This document shows positions 26,401 to 35,194 of a stretch of 59,062 nucleotides of DNA, one piece after another (positions within the stretch are counted from its first letter, which is position 1; the number at the start of each line of letters is the position of its first letter). The stretch lies in contig JBIJBZ010000002.1 in NCBI GenBank assembly GCA_044344945.1, positions 1 through 59,062 of the forward strand, written 5' to 3'. The position numbers and the translations under genes were made by a program. The notes under the pieces are model-generated. The model made no database searches. It was not told the origin of the DNA and was given only the letters and a program-made list of their open reading frames with translations. The stretch comes from Bdellovibrionota bacterium. GTDB taxonomy: Bacteria > Bdellovibrionota_C > UBA2361 > OMII01.

Positions 26401-26561
26401 CGCCTGCACCCATGGTGGAGGGCGAGATTGCAGCCCAGGATGTGCAGCGCAACCCTGAGCATACATATAGGGCTAAGTTGCGGGAATGGATCAATAATGA
26501 GCAGCCGATACAGCCACTGTTGCTCACTACGTCGCGCGACGGTAAGGCAGCAACGCAGTGA
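23430..26561 (+). CDS. Large orphan protein (~1043 aa) with a C-terminal calcineurin-like/PPP-type metallophosphoesterase motif set
   Basis: Ordered motifs VTPDRHEN (DxH), LFLGDVINRR (GDxxxR), ILGNHELD (GNHE), then ATHSG and VGHSF. About 660 N-terminal residues have no motif I recognise. ATG 23430 is preferred (GGAG 7 nt upstream) over TTG 23373, which abuts the repeat. Confidence 0.7.
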   Translation: MARDLVGTGERREVRRPGGEWPQVSGSPTLKERSSYLELRDFNPLDPAEDLNYQRLLSTLRLEPFFRVLPETRSTAPALYDAVREKIAKFVSEGSLTLYPPGTNIHDPERGKPGQMQVVMAGELQMTLDRGWKKDNLLKQMGFRGPTYERGEALASWAMAGNTGSHYADIAAIGPVLTFALSSQQYAELIMITIHEPTVSREIAPISSEDVDALKAAKFVKPYSGEDEADLLVVMRPRDFSKQPTEESATARWKQAMQVWDDNAHLIQADFLHRTDGGWRMVSHQIQAAIKRATIAQHVLQKNFLYDLNDIRDLEPAKLPPPFRVLLSNDEMRALARNCSRISPGTYEAAGQLFLAVYKTGDVERPEKPLKNHVMDTSSQLRITVVRPDAKEYQTFTIPFPRSGVVDPRSLAVELPLKLGLPKGVSIHSVELPNNEEIDFYRIHCSQYRETLAASYEFSFSRCLADMINLGYIMTDEVRQRLEARFESAAKVLQELVGEHTSLSMNAHRELVAVMDGWIARDAQDRRGPGTITVDEAKANEVVRLFELCEREAKAKSPDRRSNDTSVPSPLGKVDPIEQKLAIIVSERFSPETLRLLTQEAIAGLYYKDAKYAFSHRVDDALRSRHVAHFSLKEFRVPYEVGWIRDHGRALIVTPDRHENLWGMHHELKALGIMSASGTLQIERLRGKHHLFLGDVINRRVSLLGYGTLSLVDTIINAARQHNERVKERPEDTIEVSMILGNHELDLIRLDEASLREMFPDVSHYLVARTTREKILDMIKEGKILAAVYLGNSDPNAPPERHAVATHSGMVPEFRDAVIGLLQDNGLPIDDQTLVKYLNQELQRAAISGNFDHIMFAKSKLRGGGHHMSGCFEADMGRSPRSDLTQAITRLKEQNSKLTSEELLELIQMKMGRQLVGHSFSTDQPFMRIFESEAIKIPGCLIADSGDHQNFTPDPMDTFSTLVIADGSWEGLSVAGHEGVFAQVMVPVFGPPAPMVEGEIAAQDVQRNPEHTYRAKLREWINNEQPIQPLLLTTSRDGKAATQ

Positions 26562-26677
26562 TATCGTGCCAAGGATTTTCTATCCGAGCGTACGATGTCC
26601 TCAGACGGCCCTAAATAACGGAACGCGGTATAAATTAGTAAGGTTGTTAAACATGAACGAGTAGTAAGGGAGCATAT

Positions 26678-27265
26678 ATGTCAGAAAAAGACCGGAGAGA
26701 TCGTCCTGGAGTTGCAATCCCTCAGCCGCCTGATCCTAGCGTCTCGGCCACTCTACCTCCCGTGCCTGTCCAGGCGATTGAGGTTAGGCACGCACAGGAC
26801 ATTCCATTGGAATTTGGAGACCCGCTGACTTTGGAGCCGATGCACCCGGTTAAGTTTGTTGATGTTCCACCAGAGGGGTACGATTACTATGGCCGCAAGG
26901 GCGCTGCCGGTGTTGATAAGATCGCGATGCGGTGGGTTGGCGGCGATGAGTTTAAAATGGCATCTCCAGTGAAGATAGATGAGATAGAGGCGACGTATAA
27001 ACCGCTTTCTGCAAGCGAGGCGCGGGAGTTGGGACTGTCAAATATCAAAGATGTTTATCAGAAGACAGCTCCATCGACCGTGTATAGAGTTCCGTCAGGG
27101 TATGCGGTTACTGTACACACCCGGGAGCAGAGTACAGAAACAATAGAGGGTGGAGGGTCTTTTGGAATTGCCATCGACACAGAGGGTTGTCCGTACAAGT
27201 TTGATCTAGGGAAAAATTTATCATCCCAGAAGGACCTGCCGCCGGCTTATAGAGAAAAATCTTAA
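26678..27265 (+). CDS. Hypothetical protein, 195 aa, Pro-rich N-terminus
   Basis: An RBS aagggag precedes the ATG. No recognisable motif. Confidence 0.5.
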   Translation: MSEKDRRDRPGVAIPQPPDPSVSATLPPVPVQAIEVRHAQDIPLEFGDPLTLEPMHPVKFVDVPPEGYDYYGRKGAAGVDKIAMRWVGGDEFKMASPVKIDEIEATYKPLSASEARELGLSNIKDVYQKTAPSTVYRVPSGYAVTVHTREQSTETIEGGGSFGIAIDTEGCPYKFDLGKNLSSQKDLPPAYREKS

Positions 27266-27312
27266 AGCGTTCAGCCGAGTAGCTCCTGAAATTGCGACGG
27301 CAAAGAATCACT

Positions 27313-27893
27313 GGAACACCTAGGAGTGCGTAGCGCTTCCAATGTTTTTGACCCGCGCTACTTCTGCGCATGGAGCGACGTATCATTTTTGTGCGAGGCT
27401 TTTGATCTCAGCACTCATTCTGAGGTTTGAGGCGTTCTCGGCTGCGCTCTAATGAGCTACGGCGGGCAAGCCGCTTGCCTGTCCACCCTAGTTCGTTACG
27501 GCGTAGGTGACGTCTTTTGGCCTTCGTTTCTCAAATCCCGTTTATATTCGTCTCTGCCGTGATATTCGCTCATAGCCCCGCGGCTTGGAGTCTCTCGTTC
27601 GAGCGCGTAGTCGATGCTATTAGCTCACGGTTCTCAAAGTCGATCGTCACACAGCGACCAATGCTATGCTTCTCTAGTCGGCACTATGGCTTACCTTGGA
27701 GGAACTTGTGAGTGTTTCGCCGTGTCGAAAACTGCTCTATAACCTTGAAGGGGAGGGTGTATCTTCAACACAGGTAGTCTCCCTCTGAGAACTGAGATCA
27801 TGATCCTTGTACGAAAGTGACAAGTCGCCACATGGGCAGAAGTAGTACGAGGCCAAAAATATGGGCAGCGCCTTACTCGCAGGTAAGTGTTCC
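27313..27893. mobile_element. MITE-like element: two R75 cores in inverted orientation (27313-27381 minus, 27823-27893 plus) around ~440 bp of non-coding DNA
   Basis: The ends read GGAACAC...GTGTTCC. The cores are ~75-80% identical by eye to copy A at 5835-5925. The longest internal ORF is 64 aa. Confidence 0.5.
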
Positions 27894-28063
27894 TCTTTTC
27901 AGCGCGATGAACCGCACTGAACTAGTTTGCCGGGCCGTGTACTTTAAACTGGACACATCTGGTTGCGCTCAATAAACTAGGGGGGTCCTGTAGTAGCGGC
28001 CGACAATCGGCACTAGCACGCCAAGCAGGGTTCTCCTCCCATGAGTAGGCCGGATCAATTCAC

Positions 28064-29692
28064 ATGAAAAACTCCGCCACCGCTGAGCAGTCCCTCCCTT
28101 CAACGAGTGTTCCACCGATACGGTTGAGCTACCTGCGCCAGGATATAGCAGCCGGCTTCGTAGTCTTTTTGGTCGCACTCCCGCTCTGTTTAGGAATTGC
28201 CCTCGCATCTGAGGCCCCGCCAATCTCCGGTCTCATTACAGGGATCCTTGCGGGCTTGGTGGTCTCTTTCCTCTCGGGCAGCGAGTTGAGCGTAAGCGGT
28301 CCGGCTGCTGGACTCACCGTTACCGTAATCGCAACTCAAAACAATACTGGAGCATTTGAGGGGCTTCTTGTAGCAACCATGCTTGCCGGAGTATTTCAGC
28401 TGATTCTTGGTTTTCTTCGAACCGGACTTCTTGCGACATTCTTTCCCTCAAGCGTAATAAAAGGGATGCTGGCGGGAATCGGGATTATTATTGCAGCCAA
28501 GCAGATTCCGCACGCCATCGGATGGCGGGATGAGTTCAACCCGGAGGAGGGAATGTTTTGTTTGCTCTCTCCATTCTGTGCGCACGGCTTTCTTTCTGAG
28601 CTCCCGATGCAACTTACAGCGAACAACATTGGAGCTATCCTGGTCTCATCGCTTGCGTTTGCAACCTTGTTAACGTGGGAGAAACTATCGAAGCAACGCG
28701 GTGGTATTTTTAGGTCCATTCCGGGTGCCTTGGTGGCTGTGATTGTTGGGATTCTGTGTAACGTCATCCTACATGGCGTAGCTCCAGGCATGGCCCTCAC
28801 GCGTGAACAGGGCCAGCTCGTAGATATCCCGCGTATCACAGGCATATCTGATCTTGTATCGCACGGACCCACCTCACTGCTCAGCTGGTTAGGGAATCAA
28901 GCAGTCTGGGCAAGCGCGCTAGCGATCGCTCTGATCGCTAGTGTTGAAACGCTGCTGTGTATAGAGGCAACGGACAAACTAGACTCACTGAGGCGAGTTT
29001 CTCGGCCTAATCGAGAGCTCGTTGCGCAGGGAATTGGCAATATAGCCGCGGGGCTTCTTGGTGGAATTCCGATGACCTCCGTTATCGTCCGTAGTAGCGC
29101 CAACGTGTACGCGGGGGGGCATACTAGACTGTCGTGCTTCTTCCACGGGCTATTCCTTTTGGTCAGTGTTTTAGCGATCCCAGGTCTTCTGAACCAAATT
29201 CCTCTTGCGGCCCTAGCCGCCATTCTGATTCTTGTGGGATACAAGCTGGCTAACATCTCAGTCTTTAGGCACGTACGGGCGTCGGGTTACGATCAATTTC
29301 TCCCCTTCATCGTGACCTTTTTTGGGGTGGTCTTGTTAGACCTTCTGACTGGTGTGTTAATAGGCACGTTATTCGGCTTGGTTGTTGTGTTAATTATGAA
29401 CCACCACGCTGCATTTACCATCGTTCGAGACGACCAGCACTACTATCTTCGATTTGCCAAAGATGTCACTTTCTTGCAAAAAATTGCGCTCAAGAAAACC
29501 TTGGCTCGACTCCCAGATAGCTCGCACGTCTTTATTGATGGCGGTGGAGCGATGTTTATCGATCATGACATCAAAGAGCTTTTGGAGGATTTTAGGGACT
29601 CAGCAGTCACTCGCAACATTAAGGTTGAGATACGCAGACTCCCCGAAGTAAAGTTTGACCTTGTACACGCCATTTCACAGCTAAGGAGATAG
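28064..29692 (+). CDS. SulP/SLC26 family anion transporter with C-terminal STAS domain
   Basis: DIAAGFVVFLVALPLCLGIALASEAPP start, multi-TM core, and a STAS-like tail (YYLRFAKDVTFL...FIDHD). Confidence 0.9.
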   Translation: MKNSATAEQSLPSTSVPPIRLSYLRQDIAAGFVVFLVALPLCLGIALASEAPPISGLITGILAGLVVSFLSGSELSVSGPAAGLTVTVIATQNNTGAFEGLLVATMLAGVFQLILGFLRTGLLATFFPSSVIKGMLAGIGIIIAAKQIPHAIGWRDEFNPEEGMFCLLSPFCAHGFLSELPMQLTANNIGAILVSSLAFATLLTWEKLSKQRGGIFRSIPGALVAVIVGILCNVILHGVAPGMALTREQGQLVDIPRITGISDLVSHGPTSLLSWLGNQAVWASALAIALIASVETLLCIEATDKLDSLRRVSRPNRELVAQGIGNIAAGLLGGIPMTSVIVRSSANVYAGGHTRLSCFFHGLFLLVSVLAIPGLLNQIPLAALAAILILVGYKLANISVFRHVRASGYDQFLPFIVTFFGVVLLDLLTGVLIGTLFGLVVVLIMNHHAAFTIVRDDQHYYLRFAKDVTFLQKIALKKTLARLPDSSHVFIDGGGAMFIDHDIKELLEDFRDSAVTRNIKVEIRRLPEVKFDLVHAISQLRR

Positions 29693-29693
29693 G

Positions 29694-30329
29694 TTGGTTA
29701 TGGAGTCATATAAGCGACTGCTGTTGGCTAATAAAGCCTGGGTGCAAGAGAAGCTCAATCTTTCTCCTGCTTTTTTTGAGGAGCTATCACGAGAGCAGAA
29801 GCCTGACTTCCTCTGGATCGGCTGTTCAGATAGCCGAGTTCCAGCCGAGGAGATTACCGGCACGCAACCCGGTGAGATCTTCACCCATCGCAACATCGCC
29901 AACTTGGTCAATCACACAGACTTTAATCTCTTAAGCGTCCTCTCGTTTGCTGTCGAGTATCTTAAAGTGAAGCACGTAATCGTGTGTGGTCACTATGGTT
30001 GTGGCGGCATTAAGGCGGCTCTCTCCAGCCACCGATACGGGGTGCTTGATGAGTGGCTTCGACAGATTAAGGACGTATATCTCGCCAATCAGGAGCGCTT
30101 GCAATCGACTCTATCACTTGATGCGCAAGCAGATTTAATGGTTGAGATGAACGTGCACCAACAGCTAAAAAACTTGATGAAGACTAACGTCATTCAAAAA
30201 GCATGGCACGAGCGCCAACTTCCCGTGCTCCATGGCTGGGCTTACAGCATCAACGATGGGCTTCTAAAAAGCCTCTACAAGATAGATCCCGGAAGCCCAA
30301 TCGATGAGATCTATCGGTTTGATTATTAA
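29694..30329 (+). CDS. can: Beta-class carbonic anhydrase
   Basis: WIGCSDSRVPAEEI and VCGHYGCGG zinc-ligand motifs. Confidence 0.9.
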   Translation: MVMESYKRLLLANKAWVQEKLNLSPAFFEELSREQKPDFLWIGCSDSRVPAEEITGTQPGEIFTHRNIANLVNHTDFNLLSVLSFAVEYLKVKHVIVCGHYGCGGIKAALSSHRYGVLDEWLRQIKDVYLANQERLQSTLSLDAQADLMVEMNVHQQLKNLMKTNVIQKAWHERQLPVLHGWAYSINDGLLKSLYKIDPGSPIDEIYRFDY

Positions 30330-30899
30330 AGTTTCTTAGTCTACCTGAGTTAGTGGACCCCCTCGAACTCTTTCCTCGTAAAGGCGCATGTGTTGTGCTG
30401 CGTGTTTCGACTACCTACCCACAAGGCGCCGCCGTGGATACCCTCGAGGATAATCCACCCCAAGCTCATTAGGGTCGAAAGAGACCGCCGCGCACTAATT
30501 TCGATACGGAGCACGGTAAATTCAGCAGATACTGTACGTACAGATCTACGTCCTGCACCCTATCGATCAAGTGCACTTTCATAGGAGATGACCTTTTATT
30601 GCTCCAAGTCACGGAAGGGCTTCACAAGTGTACGAGATACATGAATTGCCGGGTGCTAGTAGCTGATTGTAAAGCCCCAAACTACTCACAACTCCCAGGA
30701 GTATAGCCCCCCAGAGTCAGCCAGTGAGCCGTATAAGTGATGATTTTTTCATTTCAGGGCTGTGAAATAGCGCCGTTGAGTGCTCGCTAGCACTCATAAA
30801 CACGTGATAAGTGGCCATGGCGCTAAAGTAGAGTAGGGCAGTCGTCGAGTAGAGCTTCACTCGCACGGAGGCATTCTCTTGAGCGACTGATTCCGTCGA

Positions 30900-31232
30900 C
30901 TACTCTTTGCTTGCGGACACGGTCTTGCAGTCGCCCGCGATCCGATTCACATGGATATCGATAAGTTTCACAAACACCCCCTTCTTTCCGATCGGCGGGC
31001 AAACAACGGAGTAGGAACGCGTGTAGTCCTTATATCGCCGACTAACAGAGAAAGTTTTCGTTCCTGCGGGGAGAGTAAAGCGCTCCCCCGGCTTAAGTGA
31101 GGAGAATGCGCCGCCGCCCGACACGGTTATCACGTTGTATTCGCGGTCTTGAGAGTCGTTCTTAATCAGGATCCTTCCAGCAGGTGGAACATCTTTTGAA
31201 CACCCGACCAACGCCAAGCCAAGCGCTACCAT
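30900..31232 (-). CDS. Small lipoprotein
   Basis: The internal ATG gives MVALGLALVGCSKD, with a lipobox LVGC. Confidence 0.5.
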   Translation of the reverse strand: MVALGLALVGCSKDVPPAGRILIKNDSQDREYNVITVSGGGAFSSLKPGERFTLPAGTKTFSVSRRYKDYTRSYSVVCPPIGKKGVFVKLIDIHVNRIAGDCKTVSASKE

Positions 31233-31468
31233 GGTTCCTCTAGCGAACTGACCGAGATGTATGTGCACGGCGGATTCCTTTACTCCCGGAGGTGAAAAAA
31301 TGCTAGATCTCCTTGCTGTGTGGTAATTAGAAGTCTGAGCCAGCGTCGTCCTGCTCCAGACTAGCACCATCATCGTGACAGGTGGAAGGTACTCCCAGAA
31401 GAGCTACATTCTTCTTGAACAAGAGGGAGCGTATAGCGGCTCTTCGAGCGATTTTATTCGAGATTTGT

Positions 31469-32725
31469 ATGGATTCTACAAACAGTCGTCCAAAATTACG
31501 TTGGCCCCTTGATATTCAATTTATCCCGATTGACGGGCAGGGGAATGCAGAGCAAAGGGCACTCGTTATTCAGTGCCCGATCGGAGTCTCGCAGGCTCCG
31601 CTAATCTTGGTGCCAGCAGTAGGCTCTATTATATCGGTTCTTGATGGCCAGCTCTCGCGTGATGAGATTTTGTCTCGGTTTGCGCCGCAGGGTTTGCGCA
31701 AAGAGATCCTCGATGAGCTGATACAGTTACTTGATGATCACCTTTTTCTCGCCAACACACGATTCTTTGCCGCTGAAGGTGAGATGAAGGAGCGATACCA
31801 GGCGCTCTCGGTTCGTCCTCCTGCGTTAGCAGGGCTGGGGTATCCCGCAGAGCCTGAGCACCTCGGAAGGTTAATCGATGGATTTCTGGTAAAGGGGCAA
31901 ATAGCAGCACTACCAAGCGATCTCTGCTGCTTGATTGCTCCGCATATTGATTACCGCCGTGGTGGACGGTGCTACGGTCAGATCTATCCCTACCTAGCTG
32001 CGTCTAACGCAGATACGTACGTGCTGATGGGCACGGCTCATCAGTATAGCAAGCACATGTTTCATCTCTCTGCCAAAGACTTCGATTCGCCACTAGGTTG
32101 TCTGCCATGTGACACCGAAGCTGTTACTAAGATTGCCCATCGATACGGCGTCGAGCGCTCATTCGCCGATGAATATCTACACAAAAGAGAACATTCACTC
32201 GAATTACAGCTCCCGTTTATTGGCCGAGTAAAACCGGGCGCCCGTATTGTGCCGATTCTGGTTGGTAGTCTTCACCGGTCGATCGCAAGTGGTCGCGCGC
32301 CCCACGAGTTCAATGAATACGCATCGTTTGTTGGGGCACTCACTGAGGTACTGCGTGAGAAGGTTCACAATGGAGAGCGCGTGTGTTTTATTGCTGGAGT
32401 AGATATGGCTCATGTGGGCCCGCACTTTGGCGATGCAGAGCCTCTGACGCAGCAGCAGATGGAGGAGGTCGCTCGCCGAGATAGGCGCTACCTGGAGGCC
32501 ATCAGCTATCACGACCTGGAGGCGCTCTTTGCGCATATTGCCGAGGATAGCGATGCGCGCAGGATCTGCGGTTTTCCGACGATGCATACGATCCTCGATG
32601 TCCTGCGAGGGCTTGGTGTTCGGGCGGCTTCTGCCTTTGAGACTTATGACCAGGCGGTCGACTACCCGTCGGGGTGCGCCGTGACCTTTGCGGGAATGGC
32701 CCTGACTGGGTCCGCAGAGAAATAA
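31469..32725 (+). CDS. MEMO1/AmmeMemoRadiSam system protein B family protein with an N-terminal extension
   Basis: IAPHIDYRRGG, EHSLELQLPF and GVDMAHVGPHFGD. Confidence 0.8.
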   Translation: MDSTNSRPKLRWPLDIQFIPIDGQGNAEQRALVIQCPIGVSQAPLILVPAVGSIISVLDGQLSRDEILSRFAPQGLRKEILDELIQLLDDHLFLANTRFFAAEGEMKERYQALSVRPPALAGLGYPAEPEHLGRLIDGFLVKGQIAALPSDLCCLIAPHIDYRRGGRCYGQIYPYLAASNADTYVLMGTAHQYSKHMFHLSAKDFDSPLGCLPCDTEAVTKIAHRYGVERSFADEYLHKREHSLELQLPFIGRVKPGARIVPILVGSLHRSIASGRAPHEFNEYASFVGALTEVLREKVHNGERVCFIAGVDMAHVGPHFGDAEPLTQQQMEEVARRDRRYLEAISYHDLEALFAHIAEDSDARRICGFPTMHTILDVLRGLGVRAASAFETYDQAVDYPSGCAVTFAGMALTGSAEK

Positions 32726-32842
32726 AGCAATGTATTCAGCAGGATAGGTATCTGTTCGGAATAGTCTGAAGCGATCCTTATCTGTCAGAAGATAAGGGGG
32801 CATAGGTTGCTTTTGTTCTGTTTAGCGTAAGAGGTAGTACAG

Positions 32843-33172
32843 ATGGACAATAATAACGAAGTAAAGAACCCGAATTTTTTTGAGAAGTTTGGCTGCGAGG
32901 TGCAGTTCGGTGAGGTTGAGGTTGGAACGACCTATCCATTGTACGGAATGATCACGAAGATCCTTGATGATACTCCGGGCCACGTTATTGTTGAGCTTAA
33001 CTTCTCGATTAAAGCCACGATGACGATTCCTGATGCAGAAAAAGTTGAGCTCCTCAAAGAGCGAGCATTTGAGCCAGGTATATTCGTATCGACGGTAACG
33101 ATGAAGGACCCAGCAATCGAGGTAGATTGCAGTACCGTCGTATTTGGAAAGCGACAGGGCTTCAGCGCATAA
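32843..33172 (+). CDS. Hypothetical small acidic protein
   Basis: ORF with an upstream agagg. An antisense ORF of similar length exists, so the strand is not certain. Confidence 0.35.
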   Translation: MDNNNEVKNPNFFEKFGCEVQFGEVEVGTTYPLYGMITKILDDTPGHVIVELNFSIKATMTIPDAEKVELLKERAFEPGIFVSTVTMKDPAIEVDCSTVVFGKRQGFSA

Positions 33173-33352
33173 CGAACTCAAGCATTACCACCCTGTGGGC
33201 CACTGGTAGAGCTGACGTAAAAAGTCACCTCTGTCAGTGGCCCAAGGTTTTTGGGGTCGTTAAACGGCGCTCCAGCCATCGATAGGGGCCTTCGGCGAAT
33301 TTAGTGGGCAGTAGCAAGTAGTGAAGCGACTGAAGCACAAGTTTCCGATTTC

Positions 33353-33558
33353 CACGTGAACGTGCTCGTGAACGTGAGCGTTCAACGTACTCGGAAGAGG
33401 CGTTGGGCTTGCGCCGGGCATGGCTTCCTAAGCATGTCCCACTCGCAAGCAAGAGCCTCCCGTCCAGGTGCTCCCCGGCAGAGACCTATTTTAGAGCCTT
33501 GAAGACATAGTGTCCTACTCGGGTACGTTTACGTTCACGTTTGCGAGCACGTTCACGG
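33353..33558. repeat. H6 family element: inverted hexamer-phased arms (33353-33394 and 33518-33558) around a ~123-nt spacer
   Basis: Left arm cacgtgaacgtgctcgtgaacgtgagcgttcaacgtactcgg; right arm ctcgggtacgtttacgttcacgtttgcgagcacgttcacgg. Confidence 0.7.
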
Positions 33559-33629
33559 GCGCTAAGGGTCAGAATTACCAAAATTCCCGTCTGCGCATTG
33601 ACCTTCCCCGGCGGGGTTCGTATACCAGT

Positions 33630-34304
33630 ATGACGATAGGTATGGGGATCAACGCCGTGGAACAAAAGCATCAGGGACCTAGTACGTCGGGAGATAGGCC
33701 CCGCACGGTTTGGCAGGAATTTGTTGAGTTCCTCAAGACCCTCGTTGTTATCTTTGCTATAGCGTTCTCGCTCCGAGCGTCCGTGATTGAGCCCTTTAAG
33801 ATCCCATCGGGCTCGATGATTCCCACATTGCAGGTTGGAGACTTCATCCTTGTTTTAAAGTTCTGGTACGGCCTGCGGCTCCCCCTTGTTTCGAGTCCTA
33901 TTGTTGAATGGAACGTCCCAAAGCGCGGCGAGGTGGTGGTGTTTACTCGTCCCGACGATCCGAACACTCCAGATGAGGACGATTCAAGTATTCACATTAT
34001 TAAACGAGTGATCGGATTGCCTGGAGAGTCGATAGAGGTTCGAGGGGCCCAGGTCTTGATCAATGGCAAACCGATCACTGAGCCCTACGCGCGGTGGAGT
34101 GAGGGTGGAAAAATAGAGGGGTACTTCGGGCCCGTTACAGTCCCTGCAGGTCATGTGCTCCTTCTCGGAGACAATCGAGACAATTCAAAGGATTCCCGTT
34201 TCTGGACCGACCCGTTTCTTGATGTGCGAAGGGTCAAGGGCAGAGCCGTATTCGTGTTCTGGTCGTGGGATAGTATGTCGCGCATATTTACCGTAATTCG
34301 ATGA
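33630..34304 (+). CDS. lepB: Signal peptidase I
   Basis: IPSGSMIPTL, IIKRVIGLPGE and GDNRDNSKDSRFW. The track ORF start at 33510 reads through the H6 repeat (TFTFTFASTFTG) and is rejected. Confidence 0.9.
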   Translation: MTIGMGINAVEQKHQGPSTSGDRPRTVWQEFVEFLKTLVVIFAIAFSLRASVIEPFKIPSGSMIPTLQVGDFILVLKFWYGLRLPLVSSPIVEWNVPKRGEVVVFTRPDDPNTPDEDDSSIHIIKRVIGLPGESIEVRGAQVLINGKPITEPYARWSEGGKIEGYFGPVTVPAGHVLLLGDNRDNSKDSRFWTDPFLDVRRVKGRAVFVFWSWDSMSRIFTVIR

Positions 34305-35194
34305 GCGCACGTTGGTACCACCTTTCAGACGCGGTGTGCATGAAGGCCTTGGGAAGGGATGCGAGGCGCTACCTTAACAATCGCCTCTCAAATGACCTCC
34401 GCTCACTCGCAGTCGGCGAATCTGCGTTGGCTGCAGCGCTTACCGCACAAGGTAAGGTCGAGTGCCTCTGTTCAGTATTTGCTGATGTCCAGGATAGTTT
34501 CTATCTCGTCGCTGATGGCGGAAAGCGACAGGCAATATTTGCATCGTTAGGCCGATTTATTGTGGCAGATAGGGTATCGATAGACGATGTTTCGCCAACA
34601 ACCCTTTTCGTCCATGTCGGTGCACCCCTCGAAGTTGTGTCTCGTGAGCTGGATGATCTCAGCGGGACGTGGTTCACACGTGCCTGCAACCGGGTTGGCA
34701 CCGATGGTGTTGATCTGTTGTTCGTGAACGTAGAGGGCACGGCTGCTTACGATGCTTTGCGGCGGGCTTTCGGAGAGCCCCTTACTCGTGAGGCCTACAA
34801 CCTCCTTCGATGTAGCCAGGGATACCCTGTGTTCCCAGATGAGATTAACGAGCGAGTAATACTTACCGAGTGTGGCATGCGATCCGCGGTCTCCTTTTCA
34901 AAGGGGTGTTACGTGGGGCAGGAGGTGATTGAGCGCAGTGATGCCATCGGGAAACTCCCACGCACCCTCGTGCGGATACGGTTCTCGGGGCTAGATGAGC
35001 TGATGGCAGAGACCCCAGTGCTGGCGACCACCGGGGAGTCTATCGGTAAGATCGTTACTGCAGCATCCGATAGTGTCGCAGCTTGCACGTATGTGTTTGC
35101 TCTTCTCAAGAGTGGCTCATATAGTATCGGCAACACGGTCTCGGCAGGGGGTGCCTCGGGCGAGATTCTTTCCATGGAGCAGCAAACGAAATGA
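34301..35194 (+). CDS. ygfZ: Folate-binding YgfZ/CAF17 family protein
   Basis: The family signature SKGCYVGQEVIER; ATGA overlap with lepB. Confidence 0.75.
   Translation: MSARWYHLSDAVCMKALGRDARRYLNNRLSNDLRSLAVGESALAAALTAQGKVECLCSVFADVQDSFYLVADGGKRQAIFASLGRFIVADRVSIDDVSPTTLFVHVGAPLEVVSRELDDLSGTWFTRACNRVGTDGVDLLFVNVEGTAAYDALRRAFGEPLTREAYNLLRCSQGYPVFPDEINERVILTECGMRSAVSFSKGCYVGQEVIERSDAIGKLPRTLVRIRFSGLDELMAETPVLATTGESIGKIVTAASDSVAACTYVFALLKSGSYSIGNTVSAGGASGEILSMEQQTK

Noticed and set aside
30330-30899. 570-bp gap after the carbonic anhydrase gene, with a minus-strand MKKSSLIRLTG start that stops after 11 codons
   Set aside because: Shifting frames does not restore a convincing hydrophobic signal peptide or a long ORF, so I cannot tell a pseudogene from chance.
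33510-33629. Extended lepB start and ORF 45727..45948, both encoding TFTFTF-type peptides
   Set aside because: These reading frames are produced by the hexamer-phased H6 repeat. The periodic peptide is an artefact of the DNA repeat, not a gene.
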